Both the position numbers and the translations under genes were made by a program. 37,501 bases of DNA from an uncultured bacterium. GTDB taxonomy: Bacteria > Patescibacteriota > Microgenomatia > UBA1400 > MFAQ01. Positions within the stretch are counted from its first letter, which is position 1. Every line of letters begins with the position of its first letter. Location of the stretch: positions 1-37,501 of the forward strand of contig CAXBYW010000002.1 of the NCBI GenBank assembly GCA_963980225.1, given 5' to 3'. The notes beneath the pieces were generated by a model. It ran no database searches, was not told the DNA's origin, and saw only the letters and a list, made by a program, of their open reading frames with translations. Shown here piece after piece: positions 18,256 through 26,991 of this stretch.

Positions 18256-18417
18256 TTATTCTTCTTTTGTGTCACTTTTGTCTCCTGAGGCTTTTTTGAA
18301 TTCCTTAACGGCATCTCCGAATCCTTTGAAAAGTTCTGGGATTTTTTTACCTCCAAAAAGGAAGAGGACAATAACGCCGATGACTATCCATTCAGTTGTA
18401 CCAATAGATTTAAACAT
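18256..18417 (-). CDS. tatA: Twin-arginine translocase subunit TatA/E (53 aa)
   Basis: Own base-by-base translation gives [62 protein letters not shown] sits 8 nt upstream. Below the track size cutoff. Confidence 0.85.
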   Translation of the reverse strand: MFKSIGTTEWIVIGVIVLFLFGGKKIPELFKGFGDAVKEFKKASGDKSDTKEE

Positions 18418-18422
18418 GTTTC

Positions 18423-18600
18423 TTACACCTCCTTTTTATCTTCTTGAGTGGAGTCATCTTCGATGGCCTCACTAAAACTTTTTTTAATACCTTTGATTTC
18501 TTTAAGGGTTTTTCCGCTGGTTTTGCCTAGTTTGGTAGCCATTTTGCCACCGAAGAAGAAGATAAAAATAACACCAATGATTATTAATTAGAAAAGGCAA
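18423..18600 (-). pseudogene. Second TatA-like gene, N-terminally truncated or frameshifted
   Basis: Frame 18423..18584 reads (I)[52 protein letters not shown], but an in-frame TAA lies at 18588..18590. A TTG at 18600 opens MPFLINN in the adjacent frame. Removing one base in AATAAT (18580..18585) would give MPFLINIIGVIFIFFFGGK. Confidence 0.5.
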
Positions 18601-18606
18601 GTATAA

Positions 18607-18819
18607 TTAAGCGGACCTTCGACTTGTAGCCATTTGTGCTTCTAGCCAGTGGGATCCATTGAAGTATTCTAGACTACTAGTTTGGCTGTTAAAACCGAGA
18701 GCGCCTTCTTTGGCGTTTTTAGGTCGGGTTGAGTTCTCCCAATAGGCAACTGTTGGTAAGCCGATACGAAAAAAGAAGTCTTGGCCGAGATCAACGTAGA
18801 AAGGTCGTTTGTTGGACAT
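18607..18819 (-). CDS. 70-aa protein consisting mainly of the C-terminal module shared with the Ser/Pro-repeat protein
   Basis: VAYWENSTRPKNAKEGALGFNSQTSSLEYFNGSHWLEAQM aligns with [40 protein letters not shown] of 18868..20169. Confidence 0.6.
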   Translation of the reverse strand: MSNKRPFYVDLGQDFFFRIGLPTVAYWENSTRPKNAKEGALGFNSQTSSLEYFNGSHWLEAQMATSRRSA

Positions 18820-18867
18820 ACTAAGTTGAATATATATTGATATATTTAATAAATCAAGAGCAGATTT

Positions 18868-20169
18868 TTATTTGAGAACTCGCTTCATTTGGATAGTTGT
18901 CCACAGTGATCCATTCCAAAATTCAAGCTTGTTGGTCTGGAAATTAAAACCAACAGTGCCGGTTTTGGGAGATTTTGGTCTACCAAGCGTGTTCCAAGCG
19001 GGAACCCTTGTAAGACTCTGGGTTGATGTGTGAGCGGAATAGGTATTAGCGTTGATGATGGAGTTTTTGCGGAGTATGGGTTTTGCAAAAGAAGGAGGTT
19101 GGATGGCAGGGGAAGGAGTAGGCTCGATTACTTGAGGAGAGGAGGAAGGAGAGAAGGAAGCTGAAGGAGAGACTGAAGCTGAAGGAGAAACTGAAGAGGA
19201 GGGGCTGGTAGTGGCTTCAGAGGGAGAGGGAGAGGCTGAGGGGGTACTGGCGGGCGTTGAAGGGGAGACGGAGGCGGAGACAGAGGAAGAAGGGCTGGTG
19301 ATAGGAGGCGTTGAAGGAGAGATGGAAGCGGAAACAGAAGAGGAGGGACTGAGACTAGCAGAAGGACTGGTGGAGGAAGAAGGAGAAAGAGAAGGTGATT
19401 CTGAAGTGGACGGTGAGAGGGAGGCTGATGGTGAGAGGGAGGCTGATGGTGAGAGACTAGGAGACTCGCTAGCAGAGGGAGAAAGAGAAGCTGATGGTGA
19501 GAGACTAGGTGAGTCGGAAGGAGAAACAGATGGTGAGACAGAAGGGCTTTCCGAAGCAGATGGAGATAGGGAAGCTGAAGGAGAGAGGCTAGGTGATTCA
19601 GATGGAGATAGGGAAGCTGAAGGAGAGAGGCTAGGTGATTCAGATGGAGATAGGGAAGGACTGGTTGACGGTGAAACTGAACTTGATGGTGACAAAGAAG
19701 GAGATTCAGATGGAGACAAGGAAGGGGAAGCTGAGGGGGATATTGATGGTGAGACTGAAGTTGAAGGTGAGAGTGATGGAGATTCTGAAGGTGAAGGACT
19801 TTCACTAGGTGAATTGGATGGCGAAATTGAAGAAGAGGGGCTTAAGCTGGGTGACTCAGATGGTGACTCTGAAGATGAAGGACTTAAAGAGGGAGATTCT
19901 GAAGGACTTTCTGAAGGCGAACTGGAAGATGAAGGACTTTCAGAGGGTGAAATTGATGACGAAGGACTTAAAGAGGGAGATTCTGAAGGACTTTCAGATG
20001 ATGATCCAAGTGGAGGAGTAGACGGTGAGACTGAAGCTGAAGGAGAAAGAGATGGTGATTCAGATGGTGACTCTGAAGGTGACTCTGAAGGTGAGGTTGA
20101 TGACGAAGGACTCAAGGAAGGTGATTCTGATGGTGATTCCGAAGGTGAAATTGATGACGAAGGACTCAA
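18868..20169 (-). CDS. Ser/Pro-rich repeat protein ([11 protein letters not shown]-type tract of about 345 residues) with a conserved roughly 45-aa C-terminal module
   Basis: The minus-strand frame is chosen over the mirror plus-strand acidic ORF because its non-repetitive C-terminus has a paralogue next door. Start unresolved: the track start is TTG, and the frame is open upstream to 20247 with no ATG. Confidence 0.7.
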   Translation of the reverse strand: MSPSSSISPSESPSESPSLSPSSSTSPSESPSESPSESPSLSPSASVSPSTPPLGSSSESPSESPSLSPSSSISPSESPSSSSSPSESPSESPSLSPSSSESPSESPSLSPSSSISPSNSPSESPSPSESPSLSPSTSVSPSISPSASPSLSPSESPSLSPSSSVSPSTSPSLSPSESPSLSPSASLSPSESPSLSPSASLSPSASESPSVSPSVSPSDSPSLSPSASLSPSASESPSLSPSASLSPSASLSPSTSESPSLSPSSSTSPSASLSPSSSVSASISPSTPPITSPSSSVSASVSPSTPASTPSASPSPSEATTSPSSSVSPSASVSPSASFSPSSSPQVIEPTPSPAIQPPSFAKPILRKNSIINANTYSAHTSTQSLTRVPAWNTLGRPKSPKTGTVGFNFQTNKLEFWNGSLWTTIQMKRVLK

Positions 20170-20245
20170 AGAAGGTGACTCAGAAGGACTTTCAGATGGT
20201 GAGATGGAACTTGAAGGAGAAAGAGATTCTGTTTCAGTATTCCAC
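19135..20245 (-). repeat. Coding low-complexity tandem repeat tract (Ser-Pro-Ser-x periodicity)
   Basis: Visible 12-24 nt periodic units on the plus strand (gatggtga / gaaggaga variants) across about 1.1 kb. All six frames are unusually open. Confidence 0.85.
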
Positions 20246-20336
20246 GGTTATAGATATGGTAATAAGCTTTTTCTTCATTACTCCTTTGAAGATGTCGGGC
20301 AGGCATGCATTAAGTTTTGCATAATTGGTATAGAGA

Positions 20337-20466
20337 TTGCAAGTACCAATTTGAGGCTAATTTCAAGTCCTTTAAAGGTTTTTGCTGTAAAGTTTTGTTC
20401 ATTTCATCTTTAAAGCTAAACATGTTTTACTTTAAAGGTTTTTGCTGTAAAGTTTCCCCCATTTCT
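20337..20466 (+). repeat. Intergenic repeat element, copy 2: same leader TTGCAAGTAC... plus 1.5 tandem 60-bp units
   Basis: Units start at 20370 and 20430 (CTTTAAAGGTTTTTGCTGTAAAGTTT ... CTTTAAAGCTAAAC). The leader TTGCAAGTACCAATTTGAGGCTAATTTCAAGTCC matches 14281..14315. Confidence 0.85.
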
Positions 20467-20624
20467 TTTTTTAGTTTTGTTGAGATGTGTGAAATAGTAA
20501 AATCTAAGAAATTGCATGAAAAATTGAAGAATTTCTGCGGGGAGTTGTGTGTGCTTAAAAAAGAAGATGGGCTTTTTTTAAAGTAGCTTGGTGGGATGAG
20601 TGTGTTTTGTGATATATTTATGTA

Positions 20625-21101
20625 ATGGAAAAAACAGTGGTGTTGGTGAAACCAGATGGATTACAAAGAGGATTGATTGGAGAGATAGTGTCTAGGTTCG
20701 AACGCAAGGGATTGAAGCTTAAGGGAATTAAGATGGTGAACATGACTAGAGAATTATTGGAGAAGTGGTATGAACAATATAAGGATGAAGATTTTTTTGA
20801 TGATATTGCTGAGTATATGAGCTGGACACCGATCGTGGCCATGGTTTGGGAAGGTTACTCGGCCATAAAGGTGGTGAGGAGAATCGTGGGGACAAGGAAA
20901 GGGTATGAGGCAGAGGCAGGGTCGATTAGAGGAGACTTGGGAATGAGTGGAGGTAATAACTTGATTCATGCTTCGGATGCACCTGAAACAGCCGAAAGAG
21001 AGTTGGAGATACTATTTGATAAGGATGAAGTGTTTGAGTATGAGACGGTAGTGGAAACTTTGATCTATAGTGCAGACGAGAGAAAAGGAGTATTTAGATA
21101 A
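20625..21101 (+). CDS. ndk: Nucleoside diphosphate kinase
   Basis: Contains EKTVVLVKPDGLQRGLIGEIVSRFERKGLKL and NLIHASD (active-site His region). Confidence 0.93.
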   Translation: MEKTVVLVKPDGLQRGLIGEIVSRFERKGLKLKGIKMVNMTRELLEKWYEQYKDEDFFDDIAEYMSWTPIVAMVWEGYSAIKVVRRIVGTRKGYEAEAGSIRGDLGMSGGNNLIHASDAPETAERELEILFDKDEVFEYETVVETLIYSADERKGVFR

Positions 21102-21170
21102 TTTGATATATTAGTTTGTAGATTGATAGGGTTGAAATGATCCTGTAGTAGAGATTAGAATGGTGAGGTC

Positions 21171-21752
21171 ATGACAGAAAAATTAACTGTAATTAGTGGT
21201 CCGATGTTTGCGGGTAAGACGGATGAGATGTTGAGGAGATTGAGACGAGCAGAAGTTATTGATAAAAAGGTGCAGGTGTTTAAACCACGTATTGATGATA
21301 GGTGGGGTGAGGTTGATAAGATAGGATCTCATTCTGGTGGACGAAGAAAAGCGTTTGTTGTTGCATCACCTGGAGAGATACTGGAGAAGTTGCAAGAGGG
21401 TGTTGATATTGTGGCAATTAGTGAAGTTCAGTTTATGGATATAGAAGTAGTGGATGCGGTGCTTGAGCTTCTTGATAGGGATATAGAAGTGATTGTGGAC
21501 GGATTACCAACTGATTTTAAACGAGAACCGTTTGGGGTCATGCCTATATTACTGGCTTTAGCTGATGAAATAGAGCATCTGACGGCATTATGTGATGAGG
21601 AAATGAATGGAGGAGTTAAGTGTGGTGAGGATGCGACCTTGACTCAGAGATTTGTAAATGGCGCGCCAGCTAAAAGTGACGACCCGGTGGTGGTTATCGG
21701 CGCAGAAGAACAGTATGCAGCGCGTTGCTATAAACATCATAAGGTAAGGTAA
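21171..21752 (+). CDS. tdk: Thymidine kinase
   Basis: P-loop GPMFAGKTDEMLRR and a C-terminal Cys-containing zinc region (C..C...C.KH). SD GGTGAGG upstream. Confidence 0.9.
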   Translation: MTEKLTVISGPMFAGKTDEMLRRLRRAEVIDKKVQVFKPRIDDRWGEVDKIGSHSGGRRKAFVVASPGEILEKLQEGVDIVAISEVQFMDIEVVDAVLELLDRDIEVIVDGLPTDFKREPFGVMPILLALADEIEHLTALCDEEMNGGVKCGEDATLTQRFVNGAPAKSDDPVVVIGAEEQYAARCYKHHKVR

Positions 21753-21768
21753 AATATAGTCCTAGACT

Positions 21769-21841
21769 GGCTCCAGTAGCTCAGGGGATAGAGCAACGCA
21801 CTCCTAATGCGTAGGTCACAGGTTCGATTCCTGTCTGGAGC
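21769..21841 (+). tRNA. tRNA-Arg (anticodon CCT)
   Basis: Hand-folded cloverleaf: acceptor GCTCCAG/CTGGAGC, D stem GCTC/GAGC, anticodon stem ACGCA/TGCGT with loop CTCCTAA, T arm ACAGG-TTCGATT-CCTGT. 73 nt, no encoded CCA. Confidence 0.9.
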
Positions 21842-21851
21842 ACAAAATTGT

Positions 21852-23138
21852 TTACTTAAGATCGAGAGAGATGATGTTTTGTTGGTCTTCTTTTTGATTT
21901 AGATTGGTGAGGATGATTAGATGGTTGCCTCTGGGGGAAGGAGTAGAGAATTTTTCTATGATTTGAGTTTCGATAATAATGGTTGGGTTTAGGCCGTCAT
22001 AGTCTATGATCTCTATTTGGTTTTCTTGAGTATATATGAGTTGATTAGAGTTGGGATACCAACGAAGATTGGTAGTGTAGTTGGAGTCAATCTGGCCTTT
22101 TAGGTCAGTAATGATGTCAAGGGTACTTTGAGGGTCTTCGGTTTCTTCTTCCTGAGTTTGAGGAGGGAAAGGTAGTTTGTAGTTGGTTCCTTCTGCGGTA
22201 TCGAAGACATATATGTAACCTGTTTGTAGTTGTCTTGTTTCTGGGGTAGAGTTGATGTTTGGGAGGCTGTTACCAAGGGTGTTTTCTGGTAAATCCAAGT
22301 CTTCTGTGGGTATGTAAAAGACTTTTTCTTGGTCTGGGGAGAAGTAAGTGTTCTGGCTTTTGTCTAGCAGTATCTCTTTTAAGAATTCGGGAGCTTGACT
22401 AAGTGAGCTTTTATCTATTGCGGTTAGTTGGTCCTGCCATTGTTTAAGGATTAAGGGAAGTTGAATGGTGATGTCTTTGATGTCTGGTCCCTGGTTTAGG
22501 TTTTTGGCGTTTAAAAGATGGGATGAGGTGATAGCATTTTGTTTTTGGAAAGCGGCTAGGATTTGACTACTGTCTGGTGACCATAAAAGAGTGGCTTTGG
22601 TATAGTCGTATGTCTTTTGGTTGGTTACCTGGATGGACTGTTTACTACCAAGAAGAGTGTTGTCTAAAGATATTGTGTAGAGGCCGTTGTCTTCATCAAA
22701 GGGAGATCCGGTAACTACAAAAGCTATTTTGTCACCATTAGGACTGGGATTGACGTTTTGAACATGATAGAAGGTCATGGGAGTTGTGGCTAAGATGGTA
22801 GGGAAGAGTCTGGCAGCGGCAATAGAAACGAGTTCTTTTTTGATATTTATCTCTTTTGACCAGGAATGGAAACCTTCTTTGATGATCTCGACTTGATATG
22901 TGTCTGGTTTTAGATAAAGGGTGTCGTCTGTTGTGGTGGACAGTTGGTTGTTGATTAGAACTTTGGCTTGTTTGGGATAGGAAGAGGCGGCTAGTAAGCC
23001 GGTGCCTTTTAGAGACAGATCCTTGAGGTTGGGACGGTATCCCTTGGCCATTTTAATAGCAAGAGTAGAACCAATGGCTATGATCATCAGAATGATAATA
23101 TTTACCAGAAGTCTTTTCTTCTTTATTTTGGTGGACAT
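21852..23138 (-). CDS. Membrane-anchored PEGA-domain protein with TolB-like beta-propeller region
   Basis: N-terminal TM helix LLVNIIILMIIAIGSTLAI. PEGA-like AKVLINNQ...YLKPDTYQVEIIKEGFHSW. Repeated WSPDSSQI / YFSPDQEKVFY / WYPNSNQLIY blades. Confidence 0.65.
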   Translation of the reverse strand: MSTKIKKKRLLVNIIILMIIAIGSTLAIKMAKGYRPNLKDLSLKGTGLLAASSYPKQAKVLINNQLSTTTDDTLYLKPDTYQVEIIKEGFHSWSKEINIKKELVSIAAARLFPTILATTPMTFYHVQNVNPSPNGDKIAFVVTGSPFDEDNGLYTISLDNTLLGSKQSIQVTNQKTYDYTKATLLWSPDSSQILAAFQKQNAITSSHLLNAKNLNQGPDIKDITIQLPLILKQWQDQLTAIDKSSLSQAPEFLKEILLDKSQNTYFSPDQEKVFYIPTEDLDLPENTLGNSLPNINSTPETRQLQTGYIYVFDTAEGTNYKLPFPPQTQEEETEDPQSTLDIITDLKGQIDSNYTTNLRWYPNSNQLIYTQENQIEIIDYDGLNPTIIIETQIIEKFSTPSPRGNHLIILTNLNQKEDQQNIISLDLK

Positions 23139-23178
23139 AGGTAGTAGGTATTATATCCTAAAATGGTAGAATAGCGGA

Positions 23179-24204
23179 ATGAAAGGATTTGGATTATCTA
23201 AAAGAGTAGCTATTGATTTAGGAACTGCTAATTGTTTGGTGTACTTGGCGGGTGAGGGAGTTGTGATAGAGGAGCCAACGGTAGTCGCTGTTTCTTTATC
23301 AGATGGACGAGTGTTGGCAGTAGGTAAGAAAGCTCAGGAGATGTTAGGTAGGACTCCGGGTAACATCAAAGCTAGTAGGCCGATGAGAGATGGGGTAGTG
23401 GCAGACTATGCGGTTACCAGGGCAATGTTGACGCATTTTTTGAGAGAGTCAGGAGCTTTAAAAGGGTTCATTAAGCCGGAAGTGATGATCTGTGTGCCTG
23501 CAGGTGTAACTCAAGTAGAAAGACGAGCCGTGTTGGCGGCCACGATGGCTGCAGGAGCTAGAAAAGCATATCTAATAGAAGAACCTTTGGCAGCAGCGGT
23601 AGGGGCAGGAGTGCCGATAGCTGAGCCATCTGGTAACTTGATTATGGATATGGGTGGTGGAGCTAGTGAGGCAGCAGTGATATCACTGGGTGGAGTAGTG
23701 GCTTTTAAGAGCGTTAGAGTGGCTGGAAACAAAATTGATGATGCAATAGCACGATATGTAAGAAGGAAGCATAATTTAGTGATTGGAGAACAGACGGCAG
23801 AAAAAGTAAAGAAGACTTTGGGGTCGGCCATCATCGTTACTTCTAGTAAGAATGAGAAGATGGATATCACAGGACGAGATAGCGTTACTGGCTTGCCAAG
23901 ACAGGTAGAGATAACGTCGAGTGAGGTTTGTGAGGCGATTAGAGACCCATTAAACAAAATAGTTAGTATGGTAAAGGCAGTGATGGAAGAAGTACCTCCA
24001 GAGCTGTCTAGCGATATTATAGATAAGGGTGTGGTGATGAGTGGGGGAACTGCGCTTTTGAAAAACTTTGATAAATTTGTGACCCAAGAGACAGGTGTTC
24101 CAGCCTTTGTTGCAGAGGACCCATTACGGTGTGTAATAAAAGGTATAGGGATGGCAATGGAGAATTTAGAGTTGTATAAGAAGAATTTTGTAGATAGTAG
24201 ATAA
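23179..24204 (+). CDS. mreB: Rod-shape-determining actin homologue MreB
   Basis: Contains IDLGTANCLVY, EEPLAAAVGAG, DMGGGASEAAVISLGG and GVVMSGGTALL. Confidence 0.95.
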   Translation: MKGFGLSKRVAIDLGTANCLVYLAGEGVVIEEPTVVAVSLSDGRVLAVGKKAQEMLGRTPGNIKASRPMRDGVVADYAVTRAMLTHFLRESGALKGFIKPEVMICVPAGVTQVERRAVLAATMAAGARKAYLIEEPLAAAVGAGVPIAEPSGNLIMDMGGGASEAAVISLGGVVAFKSVRVAGNKIDDAIARYVRRKHNLVIGEQTAEKVKKTLGSAIIVTSSKNEKMDITGRDSVTGLPRQVEITSSEVCEAIRDPLNKIVSMVKAVMEEVPPELSSDIIDKGVVMSGGTALLKNFDKFVTQETGVPAFVAEDPLRCVIKGIGMAMENLELYKKNFVDSR

Positions 24205-24231
24205 TTTCCTGATACATAAAGACTTATGTGT

Positions 24232-24267
24232 GTACTTAGCGATCTTAGATAAGTACTGCTGTTTTTT
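24232..24267 (+). terminator. Weak candidate terminator after mreB
   Basis: 7-bp stem GTACTTA/TAAGTAC with an 11-nt loop, then TGCTG and a T6 run. Confidence 0.35.
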
Positions 24268-25428
24268 AGCTTAGCTTTAAAATAAAGAAAAAGTTGATAT
24301 TTATATAAGATGCTAAAAATTAATTATTGATCTTTAATATTAAGAAATTTATAAGATGAAATGATTTGTCATGTTTTTAAGGTAATGCTTTCTGTTTGTT
24401 TTTGATAAAACAAAGACACAGCTGTTTTATCTTTAAATTTTTGTTTTGATCGGTGCTAGTCTATTTTTAGATAAGCTTACCCATGATTTTTGCTTAGACT
24501 GTGATTAGAGTAGTGTGTGGATTTTTTTGAACGGTTAAGTTTGGTGGACAGGTACAGGGTAGGGGTATACAATCTTAGATACTTATGAGCATGTCTTGGA
24601 GTGACATGTCTTTTTAGTATTTCTTTAATGGAATATGGTACAGGGAGTGAAAATTTAAATTAAAATATGTTTTTTTAGTAAAAAAAGAGTTAAAAACTAC
24701 GATACTAATGAGGTAAACCTAAATTTTTGTTTTTTAAGTTGAAAAATTAAGGAAAAAAGAGGGAAGTAATATTTGTTTTCTAATAGGATAATGTTTAGAT
24801 GAAAATGATGGAGTTAAAATTACAATTAAGGTAAAAATGATAGGGTTGACCTGTTTTTTGTTCTTCTAAGATTTTGTTGAATAAGGGGTGGTAAATTACT
24901 GATATAACTAGATAGAGTAATTTCATAATAGAGGATATTAAATGTTAATTTATTTAAGAAAAAAAATAAGTTTAAAATAATATATAAGAGGGGAGATAAT
25001 TTAATTTAGGGGTTAATTTTGAAAAATTCCTTTTTTAGGTAAAAAAAATAGAATAGCTTTGGAAATTGAGGCCTTAATCTGTTCAAAAGTTGAATAAGTT
25101 TTTAATTACTGAGTGAAGATTAGTGGTAAAATAATTAAATATAGAGGATAGTGTATTGTGTTTTAGATATAGGTTTATGTAATATGACCTATAAACATTG
25201 ATTTATTGATGTTTTTTCTTGGTTTGGATTTTTTTTATCGGCTGATTGTTGGTCTTTTGGAGTAAGAAAATGGGTGAAGTTGTAATTTTAGGGATAAAAA
25301 AGGCTGATGTGGTGGTGTAATCTAGTTATTCTAGTAATGTGGCAAATGGAATGTGTGAGTGCTAAGCTTGAGGCTAGAGTGGTTTCGTTATTCTTTTGTT
25401 TTGGAATCTGTTATAGAATGTTATCATA

Positions 25429-26205
25429 ATGAAGATACTAGGAATAGGTGTAGATGAGGTAAATAGATCAGAAGCCATAGAGAAGATCTCTAACTGGATA
25501 GGTGGACGAGGTGGACTGAAACATGTTGTGACTATATACAGTGAGTTTTTGTTGATGGCGGAGAAGGATAAGGAGTTTAAGAAAGCTGTGACAAAGGCGG
25601 ATCTAGTTGTGCCTGATGGGGTGGGAGTGTTGGCGGCCATGAGGTATGTGAGGGCACCTGGGTTGTTGGGTGGCTTGAAGGTGGGACTTGGCGGCTTAAA
25701 AGGAGAGTTGGGGGAGCCGGTGACTGGTGTATGGTTGTTTGAAGAGTTGGTAAGGCTGGCTGCAAGTAAAGGTTGGAGAGTGTTCTTGTTGGGAGGCTTT
25801 GGTGATACGGCTGGAAGGTTGGTTGAGAAGCTTAAGGTGGACAATCCAAGTCTGGTTGTTGAGTTTGATGCCGGGGAACAAAAGGTGGGTGAGAGTAAGA
25901 GTGAAAACAAGAGAGTGATAGAGAAGGTAAATGACTTTAAGCCCGATTTGCTTATGGTGGCGTATGGACCTAAGGTACAAGAGAAATGGATTTATGAGAA
26001 CAAGAGGAAACTTAAAGCTAAGGTAGCTATTGGACTGGGTGGGACGTTTGATGAGGTGTTAGGGGAGTTTCCAAAAGCTCCCGCGTGGATGGAGAAGCGA
26101 GGATTAAAGGCCTTGTGGCGTCTGTGGGTTCAGCCTAAAAGATTGCCTAGGGTCTGGCGAGGCTTGGTGGTGTTCCCTTGGAAGGTGTTTAAAAGTTACA
26201 AGTAG
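25429..26205 (+). CDS. Glycosyltransferase family 26 (WecG/TagA/CpsF-like)
   Basis: Contains LVVPDGVGVLAA, VFLLGG, KPDLLMVAYGPKVQEKWI and IGLGGTFDEVLGEFPKAPAWMEKRGLKALWRLWVQPKRL. Confidence 0.85.
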   Translation: MKILGIGVDEVNRSEAIEKISNWIGGRGGLKHVVTIYSEFLLMAEKDKEFKKAVTKADLVVPDGVGVLAAMRYVRAPGLLGGLKVGLGGLKGELGEPVTGVWLFEELVRLAASKGWRVFLLGGFGDTAGRLVEKLKVDNPSLVVEFDAGEQKVGESKSENKRVIEKVNDFKPDLLMVAYGPKVQEKWIYENKRKLKAKVAIGLGGTFDEVLGEFPKAPAWMEKRGLKALWRLWVQPKRLPRVWRGLVVFPWKVFKSYK

Positions 26206-26247
26206 GAGGTTGGTGATATTGGAGATGTCGATGTGAAGACAAGTTAT

Positions 26248-26493
26248 CTAAACAGACTTGGGTGTATCTGGGTTGATGCCGAGCATCCAAAGGATCTGTT
26301 CTTTTCTGTATCGTCTGTCTCCTCTGGAGTTTATTCTTATGGCGGGTAGTTTTCCTCGTTTGCCCCAACGTTTGATGGTTAAAGGGGAGACTCTTAAAAG
26401 GTCTGCTGCTTCACCAACAGTTAAAAGATCAGGAAGATTATCTAGTTTTAGGGTTTTTTTCTCTTTGGTGGGGGTTGTTGTATTTTCTTCCAT
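26248..26493 (-). CDS. Small helix-turn-helix DNA-binding protein (excisionase/MerR-type HTH)
   Basis: Contains LLTVGEAADLLRVSPLTIKRWGKRGKLPAIRINSRGDRRYRKEQI. Confidence 0.7.
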   Translation of the reverse strand: MEENTTTPTKEKKTLKLDNLPDLLTVGEAADLLRVSPLTIKRWGKRGKLPAIRINSRGDRRYRKEQILWMLGINPDTPKSV

Positions 26494-26537
26494 GTCTGAT
26501 ATAGAAGTTAACAGATAAGTAGGGTTAAGTCAATACT

Positions 26538-26561
26538 AAAAAACCCATCTTACGATGGGGG
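26538..26561 (-). terminator. Rho-independent terminator after rplL
   Basis: Stem CCCATC/GATGGG with a 4-nt loop. An A6 run on the plus strand gives a T-run on the minus strand directly after the hairpin. Confidence 0.6.
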
Positions 26562-26595
26562 ATTTTAGTTTTTCTTTTAAGTTTTACTTGAAAGA

Positions 26596-26991
26596 TTATT
26601 TTAGTTCTACTTTGACGCCTGCGTCTTCTAGTTTCTTCTTTGCTTCTTCTGCATCCTCTTTCTTTGCTTTTTCTAAGATGGTTACTGGAGCTTTTTCTAC
26701 TAGGTTTTTTGCTTCTACTAATCCTAAGTCGGATTTAATTTCTCTGACTGCTTTAATAGCTGCAATTTTGTTATCGCCTGCGGCGGTAATAACTACGTCG
26801 TATTCGGTTTTCTCTTCTGCCTCTGCTTCTGCTGCTGCTGGTGCGGCTGCACCGGCTACTGCTACTGGAGCGGCGGAAACACCGAATTTCTCTTCTAAAG
26901 CTTTAACTAGTTCTGATACTTCTAGCACGGAAAGCTTTGAGATTTCTTCGATTATACTGTCTAATGTTTTTTTGTCTGCCATGAATCTCAC
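26596..26991 (-). CDS. rplL: 50S ribosomal protein L7/L12
   Basis: Ala-rich hinge [27 protein letters not shown] and C-terminal [11 protein letters not shown]...[11 protein letters not shown]...[18 protein letters not shown]. Confidence 0.95.
   Translation of the reverse strand: MRFMADKKTLDSIIEEISKLSVLEVSELVKALEEKFGVSAAPVAVAGAAAPAAAEAEAEEKTEYDVVITAAGDNKIAAIKAVREIKSDLGLVEAKNLVEKAPVTILEKAKKEDAEEAKKKLEDAGVKVELK

Noticed and set aside
20234-20250. Alternative genetic code (TGA read as sense) to explain the mini-ORF ending in TGA upstream of the Ser/Pro gene
   Set aside because: TGA terminates well-defined genes here (comEC parts at 14231 and 15466, and 35465). Reading through would not join the Ser/Pro frame anyway.
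19211-20413. 400-aa acidic (EGE/DGE-rich) plus-strand ORF, plus 19809..20021 and 20025..20324
   Set aside because: This is the mirror image of the Ser/Pro repeat. Its non-repetitive end runs into the intergenic repeat element and reads like noise. The minus-strand frame ends in a module that has a paralogue next door.
24205-25428. Known structured RNA (rRNA, tmRNA, RNase P RNA, SRP RNA) in the ORF-free region
   Set aside because: I could not find conserved cores by eye: no tRNA-like end, no GGAAAGTCCGG-type RNase P motif, no SRP GNAR tetraloop helix. The near absence of C argues against a stably base-paired classical RNA. This needs a covariance-model scan to be sure.
26248-26493. Excisionase-family HTH as a prophage or integrative-element marker
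   Set aside because: It is an isolated small HTH gene between a glycosyltransferase and rplL, with no integrase, no repeats and no phage genes nearby. It is treated as a stand-alone DNA-binding protein.
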